Source of the DNA: Somniosus microcephalus | Lineage: Eukaryota | Length of the DNA stretch: 64,000 nucleotides | Direction: 5' to 3' | Assembly (NCBI GenBank): GCA_052327205.1 | Contig: CM126222.1 | Span: forward strand, 49,166,001-49,230,000 | Part shown: piece by piece, positions 1-11,032 of the stretch | Position numbering within the stretch: position 1 is the stretch's first letter | Layout: every line of letters begins with the position of its first letter | Notes under the pieces: generated by a model | Database searches by the model: none | What the model saw: only the letters and a program-made list of their open reading frames with translations | What the model was told of the DNA's origin: nothing | Made by a program: the position numbers and the translations under genes

Positions 1-219
1 GTCAAGGGATTGTAATTGTATTTATGTATAAAACTGATCTGAGTGTGGTAGTAGTATTATCTATCACAGATAAGATCATGTCAGAAAAAGCAATAGTATG
101 ATGTAGCCAAAATGGGAGATGGCAGTGGTGTTAAACATATATTTGTCAGACAATCACAGTAATTGAAGAGATGGTTTTAGTTTGAAATAATCAAAGATAA
201 TAGAACATTAAACTACATA

Positions 220-1190
220 GTCAGAACAGTCAGAAGATGATGTGATCAATCTGTACAATTATCTAGTCAGATTGCACCAGTATTGTATCCAATGTGCTCG
301 CTGAGAAACACGGCAGACATTCAAGCACTGGCGACAGAGCAGAGCCATGAGGCCGATCCTTCGTATCAGGGGCCTGAGTTAAGAGGATTGACTAGAGAGA
401 GCGGTGATCTTATAGAGGTATTTAAGATGGTAAATGGTGTGGGAAAAGTTAATCCAGAACGTTACTTCAAATTCATCTGCGGGAGTAGGACAAGCGGACA
501 CTGACATGTATCAGTCATTCATGAAAAAAAGACTTATGAAATAATATTGAGCGGCCTATGGGTGGTGCTGTCCAGGGAGAGTATAAATACTCGGGCACGG
601 GCCCAGATTGCGCAGGACATTCTTAACAGGAACTAGTGAAGAACACAACTAGACCTCCTGTAATGAAATCTGCTTGTCTTGCCTGTATTCGTTTTGCACT
701 CATGGATATTACCCTCCCCCACACGGTGTATAGTTTCACTTCCTCTTCCCTGACTTCTCTGACTCATTCCTGTGAGCCAGTCAGTGTGTTGAGATGTTAG
801 CTCTGATCTTAGTGATTAAAAGCCAACTTGTTAAAGTCTATAACTTCTAGTTTTGTGGTTATTGAAGGCACATCACCTCCATGTTGTAAAACAGTTGATT
901 AAAGCTTTGTTTAACGCTTAGACCAAGTGCCTAGTAGTTTTCTTACGTCAGACACCACTTCAAACTAGCAAAATGTAATTTTAGGATTGATATCAGGAGG
1001 GTTTCTCTTCACACAGAGAGCCATCCACACTTGGAATGGACTCCTGGCAGAGTGGTAGAGGCAATAAACCTGGAATCAGTTAAGAAATAATTTTATGCAG
1101 CAGTGGGGTTAGTGTACGGTCATTCTAGATGGATGAATTAAGATGGGCCAAATAGGCTTCCTCAGCTGTAAGTATCTTATGATATGATAT
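220..1190 (+). mobile_element. Old CR1 LINE 3' fragment, split by a solo LTR at 502-950
   Basis: ORF 283-504 contains GDLIEVFKMVNG...SRTSGH (CR1 ORF2 C-terminus). Homology resumes after 951 (ttcttcacacagagag...tggaatggactcc, gatgggccaaataggcttcct 3' UTR). Boundaries approximate. Confidence 0.7.
502..950 (+). mobile_element. Solo LTR (449 bp) inserted in CR1
   Basis: Begins TGAC, ends GTCA, flanked by 5-bp direct repeat GACAC (497-501, 951-955). Removing it rejoins the CR1. TATAAA at 582-587, ATTAAA at 815-820 and 898-903. Confidence 0.75.
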
Positions 1191-4100
1191 ATTGATGTCA
1201 GGACATGGCAGCGGTGGTACATATTCTAGATTTATCAATGTTGGTTGACAGTAGTGACGTGATATACAGTTACTATATTCACCAATGGCCTCTTTCTGTG
1301 CTGTAATCACCTCCTTTGTGCTTTAATTTCCATCATGCCATAGGATATTGGGAAAGGGCAGCAACATAGGATTAGAGTAGATGGCTCTGGTGGAAGAATA
1401 AGCACTGACATATAAGCATGATGATGGGCTGAATGCCTCCTTCAGCACTGTAATATCTGTGCTTCTGTCTTAAGAAATGGCTGTTTGAAGATTTTTCAAG
1501 CACTAACATGCTCAGGACATACAATTAATCTTGTGAGCTGGCAGATTAGGTAGTTAAGAGTGAAGCGCCCTGTATTGCTGTGTTAGTACATCAATTGTTC
1601 AATACCTTCATATCACTTATATCAGCAGACATTGCTGCAGTGTGAAAGCTCAATTGCTGAAAATAATATTTAAACATTCTAGCTACATACAGTGCTCGGC
1701 TTGCATTACTCCTTGTGGGAGTGGACCAGCAAGAGCAGAAAACGGTTGCCCATGAAGTCAGGTAGTTTGCAAGGAGCACTGTTAAGTCTCACTAAGTCAT
1801 GGGTTCAAGCCCCAATCGTGAGCCCACAATTTACTGACCTGCGCACGCACTGGTCCAGATAGCTTGCCAGAAAATCTACTCCTGTCATAATGTCTCCTTC
1901 GTGGCCTGATTTGGGGCACTAACAGAGGGGTAGAGGCAGGAAAATCTGGTGGGAGTCAGTTCTGCTGCATTCCCACTGGTGTCAGGCCCTGCTGAATCTT
2001 CTGGTCCGGCTTGAAACGGGCATATGAAGCTCCCATCCATAGTAGGCAGGAACTTCATTAACATATGTAAATAGGAAAGGGGAAGGGCCTTGTGTCATTC
2101 GCTGGCCTGCAGATGCACTGGATGCTAAGTCCCCAGAAGACCCACTGAAACCTGGCAAGAAGGGAGTTTCATGTAATCCTGCAGACAGGAGGACCTTTAA
2201 GAGGCCTACAGATTTTGTAAGTGCTTCAGGACTTCAAAAGGTTTTTCTTTTATTGTTTTTTTTTTCCATCTGGCACTTAGACATTCATGTGCCTTTGACC
2301 CATTTGTGATTTCCTCTTTGCTTCAAACTCCTTTAATTGGCACTAGAAGGTTTGCTAATAGGGATCCTCCAAGCTGACATGTTCAGAAGGAGTGGAAAAG
2401 CTGAAGAGGGATGTCAGGAAGGTCAGGCTGCCCAGGAGCTGCTCTCTGCTCTCCTAGCAGCACCTGGACTCCTGCACTCGCAGAGGGAGGTGGCATATTT
2501 CAGTATATGTTTAAGTGGAGGCTCCTCTTCCTAAAGAAAGCTGTGTTATCACACTCCTGGAAACATCTCAATGAGATGTCAATGTCTAACTAACCATTCT
2601 GCTAGATGTTTTTTCAAAGCACTCCAATCACAGCACATCATGCTGTGCATGGTATGGTGTGAAAGAAGGATGGCAGGGTGCCTTTTAATGCTCTTCAGAA
2701 GCTTTCTAAGTTTTTGCCACCCTTCTTGTGACACTTCTCTTTATTTGTCCTCATCCCTTTAAATTGGACTTGCACACAATTTTCCTCAGAGTGTTGTCAT
2801 CCCCAGATCCATCTGAGTTTGCATATGGAGTTGTGAATAACTGAGGTTAGACCAGGAGATGTTAGTGCTATTTACACTTGAGGTTCAGGTGGGTCTTACA
2901 GCAGTGCTGACCCAGTTGGAACTATACCTCAGTAATTAAAAGTTTTGCGTCTGTCTGATGTATGCAGAGCTTCATGATCGGCTGAGAGTTTATATTCACT
3001 CAAAAGCAACCAACCAAAATGCACTTATTTCACTCTCAAAAATATTACTATTTACGAAAAGAGAATCAATCACGTCTCTGAAAAATAATCAAAAGCTCTT
3101 TGAGCAACAATGTTTGTTCATACCTGACCTCACCGTAAAACCTTAGAAAGAAAATTTACAGCATAACAAACACATTAAAAGAAATTCTGTTTTTAAAAAA
3201 ACCCATATGCTGTATTTCCAGGAACCTTGCCTGCTCAGCCTCTGCTCCCTTCAGAGGCCTTGTACGTGCCTCCTACTGCTTTCCTGGAGCTTGAATCCTT
3301 AGGCTGGGCCTTGAGTCTCATTTTTCTCTCCCTCCCACCGCCCATGCATGATCAGTGCCCCTCAGTGTCACTTCTTTGCCCTTCAGTAGTACTCATGATG
3401 TTTTCCCACTTTGCTTGCACCCACCTCCCCGACAGCTCAATACTGCCTTTCTCGCTCCTCAGTGGTGCGTGCATACGCTTTACGGGCCTTTTCTGAGCCT
3501 CTGCCAATGTTCAGTGCCACTTAAAAGGCACCTTCATGCATGTAGAGTACTCGCAAAAGTATGGTGCACCCTTGAATAAAATATTTAAAAAACACAGGAT
3601 ACACAAAACAACAGCTAACATCAGCAAGAATAAAGAGACAAAACAGATTCAAAAAGTAAACAGAAAATGAGAAACAGAATTGAAGAGTGTGTGCGAGAGG
3701 CATGCCCAATAACAGACAGAAAGAAAATGCAAAAATGAGAAATACATACACAGAGAAACAGATAGAAAAGCTATGTGGGAGGTATATGCAGAAAGTAGGA
3801 CACGTGCAAAGAAGAGAGAAAGAAAGAACTTTCATTTATATAGCACCTTATCATGTCCTCAGAACAACCAGTGAATTACTTTTGATGTTTAGTCAGTGTT
3901 GTTATGTAAGCAGAGAGACCTACAGCAAGAGGCAAACAGAAAGGGTCACAAATACTCAGAGAGAGGCAAATCAAGTGGGGCAGAATCAAAGCTAGACAGA
4001 TATCGAGACACAATAGAAAGTGAGAGACTCACAAAGCAGACAGATATGACTATGACGAGAAGAGAAAGTGCCTCAGAAATGACCGAGAGACAGAAGGTTT

Positions 4101-5827
4101 GAAGACAGAGAGATGTAAACACGAATCATTAGAGCAGAAGACAAGCAAAGAGACAGTTACATGAAGGGGAAAAAAACACAACTTTTATTTTCTTTCTGTC
4201 TATGAGCAATGCCGCGGGAGATCAGTTAATTGGCGTGTGATAGTGATACTAGATTTCAGAATAGCATTCATGTGCCAGGATTTGGTAATTATGTGATACA
4301 CAGGACAAGGTAGTGGTGTAATACTTGTATATGTCGATAGATGATAATCAGATAATATATTGGTGTCAAATCTAGAAATTGCATGATCTATCACCATTTG
4401 TGATGTAATGTTGCATTAGATATAGCCATGTTTATCTGGTTTAACCTTCAAATTTGAATGATATAGTTGGGCATAGAATTATGAAACACAATTACTAACT
4501 TCCGTTTAGTCTGGCAGTATTGTTAGGCCAGACAAGTGGATCTGTGGTACAGTTTGAGATGCTGCTACTTGAAGGTAAATGTCAGCAACCTATTAATCTT
4601 ATCCCCCTGCATGTAATACTGAGTTTGAGTGATTAAAGTGCTCACTTCAACAACCATTAATTGTCCCCTTACATGTGATCGATCGAATTCCAGTGCAGAT
4701 GCTGGCTATTGTTAGGACTGATGTCCTAGTTGAGACATTGATTGCTCTAGTTGAAGACTATTTAGAAGAAGATAGGGTTCAGATAGAGGAAGCAACCTCC
4801 AAAGAGCCGGTTTCCTAGCTGTTCAGGCCTAGCACGCTAGGAAACCATTGGGTTTCTGATGAGCTTCCTAAACATCTCTACAAAAACGGCCAACTAGGAA
4901 TATAACCATTGCCACAAGTTTATGAGGGACACTTGAAGGTAGCAACTTGTTGAGCACATGGTAAGATGCTGTGATCGCCGTTCTGCAATTGCTCCACTGC
5001 AAATCTTAAGGATCGTGCAATTGGGGACCAAAAAATGGGGTAGCAGCAGGTTGTGAGTGGATTCTGCCCTATGTTTCCTTGCAGCCATTCTCCAGTGCTG
5101 TGTGATATGTGTGTGTATGTGTGTGGTGGGGGGGCGGTCGGCACTGGGGGCACGGGCAGATATTCTGCCCACAGCTGGTACATCAAGGGTCATGGCTGGC
5201 AGAGTTACATAGTAAGGCCTCAGAATAAAAGAGCAAATAAACGATCCCAGAGGGGATTGATTACCTTGATAAGCATGGGCATTTGCTGTCTTAGGAACAC
5301 TTCAAATGTTGCTAGTCTTAACCCTGCAGCCCAGGCCTCTGTTACACCGATGGAGTGGTGTGTCACGACTCTAATTTTCCAGTCTGCAGTTGGGACGGGT
5401 GCCTCGGATGTGCCCTTGCAGGTGCAGACGGCCCACCCCAACTATCTAAATGACCATATCCCTGTAATTTGAGACGAGGTCTGCACTGCTCTTCACGGGT
5501 AGCCGTTTTCCTGCCAGATGAGCAGAGGTGAACTCCTGCTCCTTCTGTCCCCACAAGGAAAAATAAAAATAAAAATCTCTTCTGGCCCTGATCATCTTCC
5601 CCGCTAGGTTGGCCAGAAAATTCACTGTGGCTTCTCATTCAGATCGTCAACTAAAAATTGCAGTCTGGTTCCGACATGCGTATGCAAAAAAGGACCCTGC
5701 CAGCTTTGGGTAGGAGTGCTGAGTGCTAGCTGCCTTCTCAGCTGAGCAGGTTGAAATTAGGAATCATGAACTCCCAGTGCTTCAGGGTGGTGGAAACTAG
5801 CCTGCAGTCACTGATTGTCTAAGCTCT

Positions 5828-7321
5828 CATAGAAACATAGAAGATAGGAGCAGGAGTAGGCCATTCGGCCCCTCGAGCCTGCTCCGCCATTCAATGCGAT
5901 CATGGCTGATCATCCAAATTCAGTACCCTGTCCCTGCTTTTTCCCCATATCCCTTGATCCCTTTAGCCTTAAGAAATATATCTAACTCCTTCTTGAATAT
6001 ATTTAATGAATTGGCCTCAACTGTCTTCTGTGGTAGGGAATTCCACAGGTTCACCACTCTCTGGGTGAAGAAATTCCTCCTCATCGCAGCCCTAAATGGC
6101 TTACCTCTTATCCTTAGACTGTCACCCCTGGTTCTGGACTCCCCTGCCATCGGGAACATCCTTCCTGCATCTAGTCTGTCTAGTCCCGTTAGAATTTTAT
6201 AAGTTTCAATGAGATCCCCTCTCATTCTTCTAAACTCTAGCAAATATAAGCCTAATCAACCCAATCTCTCTTCATATGTCATTCCTGCCATCCCAGGTAT
6301 CAGTCTGGTGAATCTTCGCTGCACTCCCTCCATGGCAAGAACATCCTTCCTCAGATAAGGCGACCAAAACTGCACACAATACTCAAGGTGTGGTCTCACC
6401 AAGGCCCTGTACAACTGCAGCAAGACATCCTTGCTCCTGTACTTGAATCCTCTCACTATGAAGGCCAGCATACCATTTGCCTTCTTAACCGCCTGCTGCA
6501 CCTGCATGCTTACCTTCAGCGACTGGTGCACAAGGACACCCAGGTCTCGTTGCACTTCCCCTTTTCCCAATCTATTGCCGTTCAGATAATAATCTGCCTT
6601 CCTCTTTTTGCCACCAAAGTGGATAACCTCACATTTATCCACATTATACTGCATCTGCCATGCATCTGCCCAATTGCCCAACCTGTCCAAATTGTACTAG
6701 AGTTTCTCTGCATCCTCCTCACAGCACACACGCCCACCCAGCTTTGTGTCGTCTGCAAACTTGGAGATATTACATCTAGTTCCCTCGTCTAGATCATTAA
6801 TATATATTGTGAATAACTGGGGTCCTAGCACCGATCCCTGTGGTACCCCACTAGTCACTGTCTTCCACTCGGAAAAAGACCCGTTTATTCCAACTCTTTG
6901 CTTCCTGTCTGCCAACCAGTTTTCTATCCAAGTCAGTACCTTACCCCCAATCCCATGTGCCTTAACTTTACACGCTAATCTCTTATGCGGGACCTTATCG
7001 AAAGCCTTCTGAAAGTCCAAATACATCACATCCACTGGTTCTCCCTTATCTATTCTACCAGTTACATCTTCAAAAAATTCCAGTAGATTAGTCAAGCATG
7101 ATTTACCTTTTGTAAATCCATGTTGACTTTGTCCGATCCTGTCACTGTTTTCCAAGTGCTCTGCTATTACATCTTTTATAATGGACTCTAGCATTTTCCC
7201 CACTACCGATATCAGGCTTACCGGTCTATAATTCCCCGTTTTTTCTCTACCACCTTTTTTAAATAGTGGGGTCACATTAGCTACCCTCCAATCCATGGGA
7301 ACTGTTCCAGAGTCTATAGAA
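5828..7321 (-). mobile_element. 5'-truncated CR1 LINE: RT domain, ORF2 C-terminus and 3' UTR
   Basis: ORFs 6697-7296, 6256-6690 and 5920-6243 are one reading frame ([27 protein letters not shown]) broken by two in-frame stops (TAG 6697-6699, TGA 6256-6258). 3' tail catagaaacatagaa at 5828. ATAGAA occurs at both junctions. Confidence 0.95.
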
Positions 7322-8039
7322 TTTGCAGAATACCACTTTGTTGAGGTATGTGTATGTGACTGGCATCCCTGAACTCACACCCAATCATGAGTCAGTGCTT
7401 TCCGGAGAGGAAGGGAGGAAATCGAAAAAAAAAGTATTGGAACATTGTACTACCCAGAGGAGTTAATGCAACAAATTTCTCACTGTCAGTTTTATGACTA
7501 TTGTAAATGTGTTAGCATTTACAAAAGTCATTCCTTATGTTATAGTAATCATGCCAGCAAAAAGTTAAGTCCCTGAGTTAGGAGACCAGACTGAATTCTG
7601 TGAGAAAGAATTAGGAGTTTGAAGCCAGGTTGTTAGAGCCTACAGTCATCTGAATTGAATGGTGATCTGTCTTGGTGTGAGAAATAATTGTATTGTTGAT
7701 CTAGAAGTACTTTGTTTCATGTTTGTAATTTGCTCCATTGACTGGGAAATTGCTCAGCCAGTTAGTTATTGCTTTAAAAGGACCTTTAACAACTTATAAG
7801 GTGAAAGCAGAAAATTCAAGTGAAAATCTGAAAGTTAATTTACCCTGTTATAAAACCATGAGCTAGTCTTTCTGCCTATTGACTAAGAATGGTTGGACAT
7901 GTTTATAAGTTGCTGATTTAAAAGAAAATAAACTTGCAAGTCCTATAAATACAGTTGTGATTGTCTTACATTATCTTTGTTAAGGAAAACCTTTGCATAC
8001 CTGACGACAATAATTGTTCCAGTTACATTTGCAGACCAT

Positions 8040-8874
8040 GGGCTGGATTTTGATTCTGGAGGCGTATAGGAGGCGGGACCTTTCGGAGTTGTAGTCCCGC
8101 CTCCATTGAGTTGTGGCCAACCCACGCGATTTTGACTTGATTGACCTTGTTGAACCCAGCGGGCTCAGCAGGCCAATTAAGGGCCACCTGGCAACAGGTG
8201 ACATCACAGATTGATATTTCATCTGTCAAGAACTTTTGACAGATGAAATATTAGCATTTGACAGCTCTTTGAAGCTGTCAAACACTGACAATCTGTACAC
8301 TAAGTTAATTCCTTTCTCTCAGGCTGATTTAGAGATCACTCCAGAACAGAAAACTGAATGCTGCAACCTTTGACAGCTCGCGGCCACTCTGCTTTCTGTG
8401 CCGGTGAGATGGGGGACTCCCGAGACCTGAAGGAAGGAAGGCTGTAAAGGTAAGTAAAGGTAAGTAAAACTTCTTTAAACACTTTACACACATCAAACAC
8501 ACTTACCTCTTCACTCATGCACCCATCACTCACCTGAACACCGGACATCTCGAACCCTCCAAGTCCTTCAGCCCGACGGCCCGCCTCGCTAACTTGGCGT
8601 GGTTTGGAGCCGTCGGGAATCCCACACTTCAGCAATAAAAATAGGGATTCGGCTAAAAACTGCCTGTTAACTACCTGTTAATAGGCAGTTAATTGGCACT
8701 AATCCCCTTCCCGCCTCGGGGAGGCGGGTCCCAGCACAGGTCGGGTATCCACCTCCTTTGAAACTGGCATGGAGGCGCGTTGGGGGCGGGATGGGTTCGT
8801 GTCCCCTGATTTCGGGATTTTAACCCCCCACATGCCTCCAATCCCGCCTCCATGGTCCAATGAAAATCCTGCCC
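8040..8874 (+). mobile_element. PIF/Harbinger-type non-autonomous element (MITE), subfamily A copy 1
   Basis: Terminal inverted repeats (TIRs) GGGCTGGATTTTG / GAAAATCCTGCCC; flanks CAT/CTT (3-bp TSD with one mismatch); colinear with 16164-16995. Confidence 0.85.
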
Positions 8875-9119
8875 CTTGATTCCAATATCTCTTCACAGGT
8901 TTTCTGGTCTTTAAGGATTTATGAATTCTGCATTTCACCCTTTCATTGTCATTTTATAATTTTAGTATTATGTTGTAAAATATTGTCTATCTATAATATA
9001 AAAACTTTGCATATGCACACATTTCTTTGTACTTTGAACAAAAAGTCCTCCCCCAGAGTTTCCATCCTTTTTAAAATTCTACCTTTATGGCCATTTACAA
9101 TGGTTCCTACCTCACTATG

Positions 9120-10100
9120 GCAAAGCATTCTATGCTGTAATAATTCTCCATGTAAACACATTGCTCCTACCCTCTCTTAATCACTCTCTTAATGATGATT
9201 TCAAATGAATGAACTTTAGTCACTCCCCAACCAGAGAAATAGTTGTTCCCTATTCATTCTGTCAAAACCTGTCATCATTTTAAAAGCCTCTGTCCAATCT
9301 CCTTTTAGCCTTCTCTATTCTGGTGGAAATAGTCCCAGTATCTCAGTGTCTCCTCCTTACTATAGTTTCTCATCCTGGTGAACCTCTGCTTTAGCATCCT
9401 TTCTGTAACAGGGCATCCAAAACTGCACACAGTATCTAACTCTGGCCTAACCATTGTCTTGTATAAATTTATTATAACTTATTTGTTCCTATACTCTAGG
9501 CTCCAGTTTATAAAACTCAGAATGCTATAGGCCTTTTTTATCATTTTATCTACAGGAAACTTTCAATTTACCGGCACCTAAATAACCGGAAATCTCGGTT
9601 AACCGGCAAAATTCAGGAGTAGGTGCAGGTAAGTTTTACTTCATATTGTACTTGCCTTCCTCCATTTGTTGCTGTGCAAGGGTGTGGCTGCAGCTGTTGC
9701 TAAGCTACAGAGACGCTTGGAACTTGTGGCCATTGTTCTGAACCTGTTGCTAAGCAACAGGGTTTGTTGCTTTATACGGAGCTCTCAGCTCTCCGTATCT
9801 TTTACTATAGCTTTCGGTTATCCGGAATTTTTGATGAACCGGCACCACGTTGGTGCCAGATAAAAGAAAGTTTCCTGTACCTGAATGTGCACTTTCAAGG
9901 CGTCTGTCATCTGCTAACCTGCCCATGTCTCTTGAAGTCTTTTACAATCTTCCTCACTGATGACCAAACCCCCTAGTTTTATGTCCTAAACAAATATTGA
10001 TATTGTGCTTCCTGTGCCCAAGTTCAAATAATTTATATACCGTATGCACTAAGACCAAAAATGGACCCAGCAGTGATCCCTGGAGCAAACCACTTCCAAC
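9120..10100 (-). mobile_element. Degenerate CR1 LINE fragment interrupted by a Tc1/mariner-type MITE
   Basis: CR1-like minus-strand motifs (ccaaaactgcacacagtatc, ggacccagcagtgatccctggagc) on both sides of 9553-9877; heavily decayed. Confidence 0.6.
9553..9877. mobile_element. Tc1/mariner (Tigger-like) MITE, copy 1
   Basis: TIR CAGGAAACTTTC...GAAAGTTTCCTG flanked by TA on both sides; shares internal ctgttgctaagctacagagacgctt with 14565-14921. Confidence 0.85.
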
Positions 10101-10602
10101 CCTTCTCAGCAGCTTAGGGTGTATGCCTTCTCCCAGTACTAACTTAATATAAAATAGACTTGGCTAACTTTAGGGGACACACCAGTATATTTTAGCAGCA
10201 GCAGAATAATATATTACATGGCATAATCTTCCGGTCCTTATAAAACAAGCATTCTCTAAGCAAAAGCATGGGAAATCAGCTAATAATATTAATAGAAATT
10301 TACTTCTGTATGTATTTTCTGTTTAGCACACTTCAGACATCACAAAGAGTCCAATGAAAATTTCTGTGTCATACTTTGGTGTTGGTAAGCATTTAAAAAT
10401 AAAACAACTGCAGTTATTTGGAATGTGCAGACAAATTTTCCTGCAACAGAATACTGGAGCCACATATCTGCAACCTCTTCATTGACCTGTGTAGGTAATT
10501 ACTTAATGTCAATTAAATTTTGTAGCCATAAAGCAAGGATGTCAAAGCTCTTTGTTTTCGTGGGCCACAAAGATGGAGTCTTCCAGACCGCATATAAAGT
10601 TT

Positions 10603-11032
10603 AATAAGAACATAAGAATTAGGAGCAGGAGTAGGCCAAACGGTCCTTCGAACCTGCTCTGCCATTCAATAAGATCAGGGCTGATCTTCGACTTCAACTC
10701 CACTTTCCCGCACAATCTCCATAGCCCTTGAATCCAAAAATCTATCAATCTCAGCCTTGAAAATACTCAACAATTCAGCATCCACAGCACTTTGGGGCAG
10801 AGAATTCCAAAGATTCACAACCCTCTGAGTGAAGAAATTCCTCCTCATCTCAGTCTTAAATGGCCGACCCCTTATCCTGAGACTATGCCCCCTAGTTCTA
10901 AACTCTCCAGCCAGGGGAAACAGCCTCTCAGCATCTACCCTGTCAATCCCCCTCAGGATCTTATATGTTTTAATGAGATTACCTTTCATTCTTCTAAACT
11001 CCAGAGAGTATAGGCCCAGTCTACTCAATCGC
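10603..11032 (-). mobile_element. CR1 LINE 3' fragment
   Basis: ORF 10675-11028 RLGLYSLEFRRM...FFTQRVVNLWNSLP; tail taagaacataagaa. Confidence 0.9.

Noticed and set aside
1790-1825. tRNA gene from a B-box-like gggttcaagcccc
   Set aside because: No cloverleaf or A-box; at most a SINE head fragment.
3600-4170. ORFs 3521-4102
   Set aside because: Purine-rich (GA/CA) low-complexity tract; ORFs are compositional artefacts.
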